IMG/VR virus record: IMGVR_UViG_3300027887_000463
Location: 9,371 to 73,370 of that record
Strand: one strand, 5' to 3'
Source of the DNA: a virus
Length of the DNA stretch: 64,000 bases
The notes under the pieces: generated by a model
Told to the model about the DNA's origin: nothing
Databases searched by the model: none
Seen by the model: the letters and a program-made list of their open reading frames with translations, nothing else
Translations under genes and position numbers: made by a program
In this document: in pieces, positions 55,961-63,670 of the stretch
Layout: every line of letters starts with the position of its first letter
Position numbering within the stretch: the first letter of the stretch is position 1

Positions 55961-56361
55961 AGTACTCCTTTTGTGAATAAAATTTGGAAGGCTGCGATCC
56001 GCAATCCTTGATAACATACCGTCCGATTATTAGGCCATCGGGGCCTATTATCATTCCTACTATTCCATACTGCTACCTGATCACGAAACGTAACCCTGGA
56101 ATGGGAAATGCATTCCGCGATTGGGATGACAACCTTCCCTTGAAAGGGATAACCTGGCCAGGACTAGAGCTTCTCCACAGCCCCTTTGCTAGGGTAGGGC
56201 CGTGTGTCTGAAAAGTACAGATACCCCTCCCCAGGTCCTTTGCCTGGGCGTTAGGGCTCATCAAAAGTCGAAGCGACTTTCTATAGCTTGATAGCTTCTT
56301 CAAACCAAATTGGCCGAAGAATCCTCATGCGCCCACCTCTACTCGTAGCCAAGCTCCCTAA
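55961..56361 (-). other. long GC-enriched, hairpin-rich intergenic leader (candidate structured RNA)
   Basis: About 400 nt without a credible ORF in an otherwise gap-free genome. Several 6-bp-stem hairpins are present (for example TAGGCC-ATCGG-GGCCTA at 56031-56047, GGAATG..CATTCC ~56098-56116 and CCCAGG..CCTGGG ~56230-56248). Confidence 0.3.
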
Positions 56362-56529
56362 TTACTTCTTATCCTCAAGCTTCTTCAGAATCTTCATCCG
56401 CTCTTTTGTTGCGCCCGAGTCTTTTCCCAGTTTTCCGTCCAGACGATTCAGTCGGTCTGAAAGGGTCAACTTCTCGTACAATTCCTGGCGGACCTTCGCT
56501 TCTTCCTGCTTCTGTTTCCGGCTTTTCAT
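56362..56529 (-). CDS. candidate 55-aa coiled-coil protein in an alternative frame of the phosphatase tail
   Basis: GAGGT-8 nt-ATG at 56529. Product MKSRKQKQEEAKVRQELYEKLTLSDRLNRLDGKLGKDSGATKERMKILKKLEDKK. It looks more protein-like than the overlapping phosphatase tail (…PETEAGRSEGPPGIVREVDPFRPTESSGRK…). Confidence 0.35.
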   Translation of the reverse strand: MKSRKQKQEEAKVRQELYEKLTLSDRLNRLDGKLGKDSGATKERMKILKKLEDKK

Positions 56530-57226
56530 ATGATATTACCTCGACTTGATTTCCGTCTAGTTTAACAACTTGTTTTGTGAATTGAAGGCAGTCGATATCC
56601 CAATTGGAACCTTTTTGTTTTATCTTTGTGACCGGTGTATGGCCAAAGATCTGGGTTAATCCTTCCACGGGATTGAAGTCAACAGCAAAGTCAGACCAAA
56701 ATATACCTGCGTTTTGATCCACTCCCCCACGACTCATTCCAATGTTATATACTAACCCATCATCTACAGATCTCCAGGATTCTTGTAAAAAGAATTCAAT
56801 CAAATCAATGAAATCTTCTCTCTCATAGAGATCGGGGGTAGTTTCGAATGCCTCTCGAAGAAGCTGTGAATTAAGCCCTGCGTGTGTGATGAGTACCTTA
56901 TTTTCCTTATCCAGAATAAAAGGTTTCATCAGTTTCCACATACGGCTTTTTAATGCTATGATTTTTGCGTCGAAACTTGATGCATATCCCGAACACCGCA
57001 TACGCCTCATGAGATACGATAGCTCATGATTACCAAAAACACATTCAGTGGTTCCTCGTTCAATATCATTTAGAACCAACTCTAGAAGCTTGAACTGTTC
57101 TGTTCGTGAAAAGTAAAAGGAATCGAGCAGATCTCCAGTTAAAATCAGCTTCTCTTTTGTTGAACTCTTTACTTCGTGATAGAAGTTGATCTCACCATGG
57201 AGATCTCCGATTACGATTGCTTTCAT
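56375..57226 (-). CDS. calcineurin-like metallophosphoesterase (lambda Ser/Thr phosphatase type)
   Basis: Motifs IGDLHGE, TGDLLDS, FGNHE, ITHAGL and IFGHTP occur in the canonical order. The last ~48 codons may not be genuine (see the ORF at 56362). Confidence 0.75.
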   Translation of the reverse strand: MKAIVIGDLHGEINFYHEVKSSTKEKLILTGDLLDSFYFSRTEQFKLLELVLNDIERGTTECVFGNHELSYLMRRMRCSGYASSFDAKIIALKSRMWKLMKPFILDKENKVLITHAGLNSQLLREAFETTPDLYEREDFIDLIEFFLQESWRSVDDGLVYNIGMSRGGVDQNAGIFWSDFAVDFNPVEGLTQIFGHTPVTKIKQKGSNWDIDCLQFTKQVVKLDGNQVEVISYEKPETEAGRSEGPPGIVREVDPFRPTESSGRKTGKRLGRNKRADEDSEEA

Positions 57227-57711
57227 CGATTAAAATAATCCTCGTTGTGCCACTCTGGTGGTTTTCTGTTTGTCCATCTTTTGTCTATGTGCTTTTTTCC
57301 ATAAAAATAATACTTTCTATAAGCCCAAATGGTGTTGCCAAATTTATATTCATCTGGCATACATTTTGGAGGAGAGGAAAATCCTATAATCGGTATATCT
57401 TTTGGAAGGCGCTGAAGAAGCCACATAGGCTCGCTTGTTTTATGATGCTTACCATATCTGTGGTTGTATTCGGATAATAGCCACTGCCCATACTCCAGCA
57501 ACCACTGGTAATTTTGGCCAGAAGTTCGCGCCCATATGGCACACGGATGATTTTTATGTGTCGGTTGGTACATCCCCCGTTTCCACGAACCCAGTTCAGA
57601 ATGTGCAGTGCTGAGCAGCTGTGCAGTCTCTAAAATCATCTTTACTACATGCTTATCACACAGCATTGCTGCACATGTTTTAGGATCTCGTGCAAGGTAG
57701 AAAATGTTCAT
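57223..57711 (-). CDS. conserved hypothetical protein (MNIFYL..DP...AA....DKHVVKM.LE.AQ.L family)
   Basis: 162-aa ORF. I recall the N-terminal pattern as recurrent in phage and giant-virus proteins, but I cannot assign a function. Confidence 0.5.
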   Translation of the reverse strand: MNIFYLARDPKTCAAMLCDKHVVKMILETAQLLSTAHSELGSWKRGMYQPTHKNHPCAIWARTSGQNYQWLLEYGQWLLSEYNHRYGKHHKTSEPMWLLQRLPKDIPIIGFSSPPKCMPDEYKFGNTIWAYRKYYFYGKKHIDKRWTNRKPPEWHNEDYFNR

Positions 57712-57718
57712 CTAATTC

Positions 57719-58036
57719 TTATACCTTAAATGGGCCATCTCCATTGTTGGCATCTCCCTCAAACATCTCTCCAGAGAACTCTTCTCCGGGAGCGGCGCCC
57801 TGCATTTCCGGACTTACTTCGGCAGCCTTAAGCTCGGCTTCGATGAATTTCTGCATATCTCCGCCCAGTTTTCCTTCGGGATCCTTTTCTGTTAGAATCG
57901 AGCAGAAAGCATCGACAATTTCTGCAGGAATAATTGGAGGACATAGAACCATTGGAGAGGCTTCTAAGGCAGCTTCGGGGTTACCCCACGCAACCATACG
58001 AACATCCCCATCTGTTACAACAAAATATTTATCCAT
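57719..58036 (-). CDS. hypothetical acidic protein
   Basis: 105-aa ORF, rich in D/E. It lies directly downstream of the terminator hairpin at 58045. Confidence 0.5.
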   Translation of the reverse strand: MDKYFVVTDGDVRMVAWGNPEAALEASPMVLCPPIIPAEIVDAFCSILTEKDPEGKLGGDMQKFIEAELKAAEVSPEMQGAAPGEEFSGEMFEGDANNGDGPFKV

Positions 58037-58044
58037 GTAAATAA

Positions 58045-58066
58045 AAGGGCACGGTTAGGTGCCCTT
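58045..58066 (-). terminator. rho-independent terminator overlapping the Pnkp-like stop codon
   Basis: AAGGGCAC-GGTTAG-GTGCCCTT. On the - strand it is followed by TTTTATTTAC. The TAA stop (58055-58057) sits in the loop. Confidence 0.6.
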
Positions 58067-60223
58067 CTCCTTGTAATACATATTTCTCAATGTGATGATA
58101 TCTCGTGATAGCTCTTCTTCAGTTCTGGTTTTGAGCCAGGCATAGAAGTAGTTGGCTTCGGGCGTAACCAATCCCGAGAGATTCACCTGTCGTCTTGCAC
58201 GAACAGCATCCTTCACTACACGCATATGTTTCCAGAAGTTGTAGTAAGGGAGCTTAAGCTTCATCATAAAGCCATTGGAATCCTCAAAGACAAATCCCTC
58301 GATATCCGAGGTAGTTGCCGTTTCACATTCCTTATAGAATTGAAGAAGCTCTTCCTTCGAGTTCAGAGTCTTATACAATTGCTTCGAGCGATGTGGCATA
58401 TTCAGTGAATGGGCAAATGCCAGCATCTCCTGATATGGCAACTTCTCGTAGTCAAGTGTTCTCCGCACTGCATCCAGAAGAACTAATCCCTGTCTGTCGG
58501 GATATGCAATGATATGAGGATCGGTATCTTGATCAACTACTTCGAAGACAAGAGTGACGTTGTGTCCCTTGAGAATTGCTTTGAGATAATCCGGATCTAC
58601 GTTTGTGGTTAATGCCCACACACGCTTGAAGATGTCCGGATAGATTCCCTCAACAGAACTCTTGGAAAGGAAGAGAACCTGATCGGAAGCAGTATCATAA
58701 CCGACCATACCCAGGAATCCATTATACTTCTCGTACACATGGACAGGATATTGAAGGTTAACCGTTTCAATCTTAGTCTCATCTCTTTCGTTCACATTGA
58801 AAAACTTATTATATGAACGAGCCACAATTTCATTTGTCACCGTATTGACGAACAGTCCTCTGGCTTTTACTGTCATTCCATCCCAAATCTTCTTGTAGAA
58901 CGCACCACGGTTGAAGTTAAACGAGGAGATATCTCCGAACTTGCGCTCATTGATGTGTCTGCTCTTCCTTAAATCCTCCACGAACGAGGAAGGACCGAGA
59001 GTGGTTTCCACTTTTATATTTTTTGGACGAAATACAGTATTCGGAATCTCCCATGTCTTGATCTCCAAAGAATCACGATAGAGAGTAACAGCCCGAAGAT
59101 TTCCTCCGAACTCAATGTTACCCTGCAGATTATAATACTTTGGGTTGATCTTTATAGGCGATTCCGTAACGTTTCTATGGCCAGATATCTGGATGGCATC
59201 CGGCGGAGAATTCTTCTCCCACGATTCAGCAACCTCCAGCATATCTTCATAGCGTCCCACACCTTTGATAAATTGTTCGGTAGCAATTGTGATGAGGTCT
59301 TCAGGGAGCTTAGAGATGCCTCCGTGGGTTACCAGAACGAGCTGATTTCCCAAACGGAAATATGCAACCTGAGCAAACTTCCTACACAACTGCCGTACGG
59401 ATCCCTTATCCAAAGCTGCGGACTCGAGTTCTCTTTTGGTTTGGAAAAGGAATTCATTGGAACGAATCTTTTCCTCTTCCTGGTTGGCCCAGTATCTCAA
59501 CCACCGCTCGTGATTCCCCTCCAGAAGAAGTATATTAGGCTTTTCATAATTCTCGATAAGCCAACGTACCACCTCGGTATTCTGAATCCCACGATCGATA
59601 AAATCACCAACAAAGATGTAATAGTGATTTTCGTGATAGCCAACTGCATCGAACCACACTTTCAGCGGTTCATAACATCCGTGAATATCTCCGATAATGT
59701 GCACCTGTTCATATTCAAATGCAAGCGGTGCATAATCAAAGACGCCCATATAGTCAGCCGGCTTGACAACCTGGACATAACCAGGAACCGGTTGACTCTT
59801 TAGTCGAGCTTCGATATTATCGAGCACAAATTCCGGAACCCACTTATATTCCGGACGGGTCTTATTCTGAAGTTTGCATTGTTCCAGAGGAACATCGGAG
59901 AAGTCGATACAATAGATACGGTATCGATACTCTCCTGCCAACTTCTTATACTTGGCAAAATCGCTGGCCTTGGAGTGAGTAGCATCAATGAACACCAGTT
60001 CTCCGCGTTCCATGCGAGTTTCCAACATTTCGAATAGAAGTCCCCAAACCTTTCGGTCATTCTCCGGGCTAATCGCGTACACTCCCTTAGGAGTAAGTAC
60101 CGGCGCCTGGAGTTGGAGACGAATGTCATCAGCGCACAATGTGTAAGGGCGCAGGCCTTCCTGTTCGAGCCAGGTAGACTTTCCGCATCCGACATTACCG
60201 CGGAGAAGATAGAGGTGTCTCAT
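58055..60223 (-). CDS. polynucleotide kinase-phosphatase with C-terminal ligase-like domain (Pnkp-like RNA repair enzyme)
   Basis: The N-terminal P-loop is RGNVGCGKST. The central metallophosphatase has IGDIHGC, VGDFIDRG, EGNHE, VTHGGI and SGHRN. The C-terminal part carries the nucleotidyltransferase motif I-like YEKYNGFLG. This order matches bacterial Pnkp. Confidence 0.65.
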   Translation of the reverse strand: MRHLYLLRGNVGCGKSTWLEQEGLRPYTLCADDIRLQLQAPVLTPKGVYAISPENDRKVWGLLFEMLETRMERGELVFIDATHSKASDFAKYKKLAGEYRYRIYCIDFSDVPLEQCKLQNKTRPEYKWVPEFVLDNIEARLKSQPVPGYVQVVKPADYMGVFDYAPLAFEYEQVHIIGDIHGCYEPLKVWFDAVGYHENHYYIFVGDFIDRGIQNTEVVRWLIENYEKPNILLLEGNHERWLRYWANQEEEKIRSNEFLFQTKRELESAALDKGSVRQLCRKFAQVAYFRLGNQLVLVTHGGISKLPEDLITIATEQFIKGVGRYEDMLEVAESWEKNSPPDAIQISGHRNVTESPIKINPKYYNLQGNIEFGGNLRAVTLYRDSLEIKTWEIPNTVFRPKNIKVETTLGPSSFVEDLRKSRHINERKFGDISSFNFNRGAFYKKIWDGMTVKARGLFVNTVTNEIVARSYNKFFNVNERDETKIETVNLQYPVHVYEKYNGFLGMVGYDTASDQVLFLSKSSVEGIYPDIFKRVWALTTNVDPDYLKAILKGHNVTLVFEVVDQDTDPHIIAYPDRQGLVLLDAVRRTLDYEKLPYQEMLAFAHSLNMPHRSKQLYKTLNSKEELLQFYKECETATTSDIEGFVFEDSNGFMMKLKLPYYNFWKHMRVVKDAVRARRQVNLSGLVTPEANYFYAWLKTRTEEELSRDIITLRNMYYKEKGT

Positions 60224-60690
60224 TATGACTTCCTTAACATAGTTAAGATTTGATTTCCTTCTCGTTTTGGAGTATCCATTGCGAAATGGGTTAGTTCTGC
60301 TTTTATTTTTTCGAGTAATTCAAATCCCTGTTCGGGACGAGTTATTTCTCGACCATGAAAGCGAACTATCAAACGAATAGGATGTCCCTTTTCGAGTAGT
60401 TCATTGATATGCCGAGCTTTTGTTTGAAGATCATGGTCGGCAATATTAATATTGAATCGAAACTCTTTTAGATCTGGCGCAGGTTTCGTCTTATGCGCTT
60501 TTTTCTGTTGATACTGAAACTTCTCAAAGTCTTGAATCTTGCAGACACCGCGCCCAACTTCTACAAGATCCAAACTCCTTGTATGTGCTAATTTTATAGC
60601 CTCGGTCGTAGCTAGAGTTCCGAGATTATTTCCGTTCTCGTCAATAACAAGAACGGGAGTGTCCGTGATCTGATTATTTACACGGTTCAA
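60223..60690 (-). CDS. infC: translation initiation factor IF-3 homolog
   Basis: 155 aa and collinear with bacterial IF3. The N-domain reads VLVIDENGNNLGTLATTEAIKLAHTRSLDLVEV...VCKIQDFEKFQYQQKK. After a basic linker the C-domain reads KEFRFNINIADHDLQTKARHINELLEKGHPIRLIVRFHGRE. Confidence 0.8.
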   Translation of the reverse strand: MNRVNNQITDTPVLVIDENGNNLGTLATTEAIKLAHTRSLDLVEVGRGVCKIQDFEKFQYQQKKAHKTKPAPDLKEFRFNINIADHDLQTKARHINELLEKGHPIRLIVRFHGREITRPEQGFELLEKIKAELTHFAMDTPKREGNQILTMLRKS

Positions 60691-61051
60691 GTTCGATCTT
60701 CTCCAATGATTGGATATTTGTGTATGCGTAAAAGGTACCTAGTTTGGTACCCGTATCTTTGAAACATAGTTTAATCTTTACACTATGCGCAGATTCATAG
60801 AACGGCATTGTATACCCCAGTAACTCTAGCTGAGTTCCCGCAGGTAGAAGCAGTTGTCCGTTTCTAGGTATTCCGTATTGACCTCTGTGTACATTGGGAT
60901 CTGGAGTGAACATATTTCCAGCAAAAGTACTCACTCGCTTCTGTGCGTAACTTGTGGAGAGTTCTATTGAGACCAACTGGTCTTTTATTACAATAAACTC
61001 TCGCTTACCCTCAAAAAAATTGAATCTCATTTTAAAGACCAATCTAACCAT
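60674..61051 (-). CDS. hypothetical protein
   Basis: 125-aa ORF that overlaps both neighbours. Confidence 0.5.
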   Translation of the reverse strand: MVRLVFKMRFNFFEGKREFIVIKDQLVSIELSTSYAQKRVSTFAGNMFTPDPNVHRGQYGIPRNGQLLLPAGTQLELLGYTMPFYESAHSVKIKLCFKDTGTKLGTFYAYTNIQSLEKIELEPCK

Positions 61052-62025
61052 TTCGGATTACGTACATACCAGTTGACTGTTTTGCTGAGACATTCTTCAA
61101 ATTCCATTGGAATCTTCCAGCCCATATTTTCCATCTTGGTTCCGTCCAGAGCATAGCGTAAGTCATGTCCTGGCCTCGATGAATGAAAGTCAACTAGTTC
61201 GTATTTTAGTTCTTTCCCAAGGATGACGGCAATATCATGTGCCATATCCAAGTTACTAACCTCTTTTTCTCCTACAATATTAAACTTATCACCATTGTCT
61301 GTATGAGAGTTCAGAAGAAAGTGAATAGCTGATGCAACATTTCTTGCATGGATATAAAATCGTGAGCCAGATTTTGTTCGTTCTGGATTAGAGTGTATTT
61401 CAATAGTTCGTCCAGCAAGAATATCAATAATACATTTGGGTATGAATTTTTCTGGGTGTTGTCGTTCTCCAAAAACATTCATTGTGTGGGTGATGATGAT
61501 GGGAAGTTTGTAGGTATTTTCATACGCTATACAAAGCTCTTCTCCGCCCGCTTTAGTAGCTGCATAAGGATTTTTTGCATTGTAGCGATCCCATTCCTTA
61601 AAAGCTATACCTTCGGGTGCCGGTCCAAAAACCTCATCTGTAGAAAAGTAAATCATTTTCTCTAGATGCCGTAGATTTCGAGCAAACTCTAAAATCTCTA
61701 AGGTCCCCACTACGTTTGAATAAACAAAGCGTCGTGGTTCGGTTATTGAGTTATCTACGTGTGTCTCTGCACCCAGATGTAGAATGTAATTTACATCGCC
61801 GATTTCATTGAGTAGCCCCTCATTTATGGGCTTCGTAAAATCCGCAGTAAAGGTAGTTACACGCTTATCATCATACACGTTAATATCGCGTAACCGATTG
61901 AATCCATGTGAAGCATATGTTAATTTATCGAATACGACTATGCTCCAGTCAGTATTTTTCAGAAAATGTTCTACGATGTGGTGCCCGATGAAACCAGCAC
62001 CACCCGTAATTAAGATTATTGGCAT
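61027..62025 (-). CDS. NAD-dependent sugar-nucleotide dehydratase/epimerase (dTDP-glucose 4,6-dehydratase-like SDR)
   Basis: ILITGGAGFIGHH (Rossmann GxxGxxG), DKLTYASH, HLGAETHVDNSI, FSTDEVFG and YAATKAGGE (the YxxxK catalytic motif) occur in RmlB-like order. Confidence 0.7.
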   Translation of the reverse strand: MPIILITGGAGFIGHHIVEHFLKNTDWSIVVFDKLTYASHGFNRLRDINVYDDKRVTTFTADFTKPINEGLLNEIGDVNYILHLGAETHVDNSITEPRRFVYSNVVGTLEILEFARNLRHLEKMIYFSTDEVFGPAPEGIAFKEWDRYNAKNPYAATKAGGEELCIAYENTYKLPIIITHTMNVFGERQHPEKFIPKCIIDILAGRTIEIHSNPERTKSGSRFYIHARNVASAIHFLLNSHTDNGDKFNIVGEKEVSNLDMAHDIAVILGKELKYELVDFHSSRPGHDLRYALDGTKMENMGWKIPMEFEECLSKTVNWYVRNPKWLDWSLK

Positions 62026-62369
62026 AGATTAAGAAGAAGGCCCTGTTCGTCTTCATCCGCATTGCGGCATATAGCGCCTTCAAAAACCCTCATGTTAAAA
62101 GTTTTGGGACGAACATTTAATTCCGGTCTCGGCCCATTGTAATCGAATCGTTCAAGGAGAGCTGCGAGATTTATACGAATCTGCATACGCACTGCCAGAC
62201 GTTTCGTAGCACGAGCTTCTCCCTCTAAATATATACGGTATTTACTCAACGTCTTGTGGCGTTGCATTTCACTCATAAGCCTCACTTCATCCGCAATATG
62301 GTTAAAATAAGGCTGTAAAATTTCATTGACCACCTTGACTGATGGTTCAATGGCAGGCAACTTTGTCAT
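62016..62369 (-). CDS. hypothetical protein
   Basis: 117-aa ORF that overlaps the downstream SDR gene by 10 nt. Confidence 0.5.
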   Translation of the reverse strand: MTKLPAIEPSVKVVNEILQPYFNHIADEVRLMSEMQRHKTLSKYRIYLEGEARATKRLAVRMQIRINLAALLERFDYNGPRPELNVRPKTFNMRVFEGAICRNADEDEQGLLLNLCQ

Positions 62370-62407
62370 AGAAATTCTCCTTTGTTACTTTCTTATACCA
62401 TGAAAGT

Positions 62408-62437
62408 AAAAAAAATGAGGGGGAGTTTATCTCCCCC
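62408..62437 (-). terminator. rho-independent terminator of the SPFH gene
   Basis: On the - strand, hairpin GGGGGAG-ATAAA-CTCCCCC (plus-strand coordinates 62419-62437) is followed by TCATTTTTTTT. Confidence 0.65.
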
Positions 62438-62443
62438 ACATTA

Positions 62444-63637
62444 CTACTTCTTTGGAATTGAAAGGTCGAGTGCCAAATCCTTGGCGGTCTTGACTGAGAG
62501 CATATCAATCAAAGCCGTTGCGGAATTATAGCTACCCTTACCAGCACCGCTTCCCTCAAAAATCACATCAGGAACCCACTTCTGTTTGCCAATGTTTTCG
62601 GCAAAAGCAGTCATGACCGCCTGATAGGTTTCCAACTTCTGGGTCAAGGCACCATCAGCAATAATGATCTTACGCTTGTATTCAGCATCAGCTTCAGCTT
62701 CGAGAATTCTCTTCTGCTTATACTGACCGGCTGTTTTGGTTTCAAGCGTAGCAACTTCCAGCTTCTGCTGGGCTTCTGTTACCATCTTGGCCTTGATTAC
62801 TTCCTGTTCCCATTTGGCTTTTGCGGCTTCTGCACGACCATTCTGTTCCGCGGTAATCGCTTGCTGTTCAGCTTCGCGAGCCTTTGCGGAGGCAGTTTGA
62901 ATCTGCATAATTGCCTGTTGCTGAGCCTGGATCTGCTTCTCAACGTTTTCGTCGTAGCCAACGTTATTGATCGAAAGGTTGAAAGTCTTTACTCCAAAAA
63001 CTGCAAGAGGAGATTCATCCTGCCGTTCAAAGGTGCCATCCTTACCTTTCAATACGTCAACAACCGTGAGAGTACGTGGAGAACCAGATAGAGGATCCTT
63101 ATCTTGAACCTGATATGAACGGGTCTTATAAACCCCATTCTCGATCTGGTCTTCGATAAAACGGATTAACTCATTCCGGCGTTCAGCATAAGACTCTTTT
63201 GACGACATAAGAGGGCCAGTCATATAGACTGATTTCTCTACGATCGTTCGTACGAGTTGCTGCTCAATGGCCTGCTGGCTTCCATACTTGGTATGAAGCA
63301 TAACCAAATGCTGTTCATCCACAGGCATTTCCCACGCAATTGATCCAGAGACACTGCCATGACCACCATCATTGAATCGAACTGAGATGGCCTGATTCAT
63401 TTCTGTTCCCTGATCATCTTTTTCTGAGAACCAGAATTGGGATCGCTTTTGATACTTGGTGACTTTGCCGAAACCCTGCCACTTGAAATTTCCAGGAGTC
63501 ATGTGCCAGGTGAGATCTCCCGAAAGAGACTGAACCACCATGATCTCGTCGGCGTCGTTACTTTCGAAAATGTTGAAACTTGCAAAGATCAGAACGATCG
63601 CAAGAATGGCAACGGCTCCGAGGCCGAAGATCTTGCG
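62444..63637 (-). CDS. SPFH/band-7 (prohibitin-like) membrane protein; 5' end unresolved or truncated at the junction
   Basis: An N-terminal TM helix ([23 protein letters not shown]) is followed by an SPFH-like core and a long A/E/Q/K coiled coil. No start codon lies upstream of the TM helix before the sequence turns into GC-rich foreign DNA. The track's 518-aa ORF is a read-through artefact. Confidence 0.6.
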   Translation of the reverse strand, partial: RKIFGLGAVAILAIVLIFASFNIFESNDADEIMVVQSLSGDLTWHMTPGNFKWQGFGKVTKYQKRSQFWFSEKDDQGTEMNQAISVRFNDGGHGSVSGSIAWEMPVDEQHLVMLHTKYGSQQAIEQQLVRTIVEKSVYMTGPLMSSKESYAERRNELIRFIEDQIENGVYKTRSYQVQDKDPLSGSPRTLTVVDVLKGKDGTFERQDESPLAVFGVKTFNLSINNVGYDENVEKQIQAQQQAIMQIQTASAKAREAEQQAITAEQNGRAEAAKAKWEQEVIKAKMVTEAQQKLEVATLETKTAGQYKQKRILEAEADAEYKRKIIIADGALTQKLETYQAVMTAFAENIGKQKWVPDVIFEGSGAGKGSYNSATALIDMLSVKTAKDLALDLSIPKK

Positions 63638-63670
63638 ACCCGCGTCGAGCTCGGCGGGCGGCGGTTCCTG

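Noticed and set aside
55961-56017. The track start of the Clp ORF at 56017 (MLSRIADRSLPNFIHKRST...).
   Set aside because: The internal ATG at 55960 has a consensus AAAAGGAG SD at the proper spacing, and the upstream extension lies in the non-coding leader.
55961-56361. A tmRNA next to the ClpA-like gene, since the - strand contains GGGGCUG and later CAGCCUUCCA, which could pair like an acceptor stem.
   Set aside because: There is no T-arm (GGUUCGA-type 7-nt loop) before the putative 3' strand and no proper discriminator-CCA geometry. I also found no tag-peptide reading frame ending in a hydrophobic ...AA stop. The region is kept only as an unexplained structured region.
59177-60195. Long antisense or alternative-frame ORFs inside large genes. 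Examples are 59177..59803 (+), 59800..60195 (-), 55032..55475 (+), 34065..34424 (-), 43488..43775 (+), 44289..44639 (+), 1055..1354 (-) and 37916..38254 (+).
   Set aside because: Each is fully embedded in a longer ORF that has recognisable domains or operon context. They have low-complexity or Cys/Leu/Ser-rich translations and no RBS.
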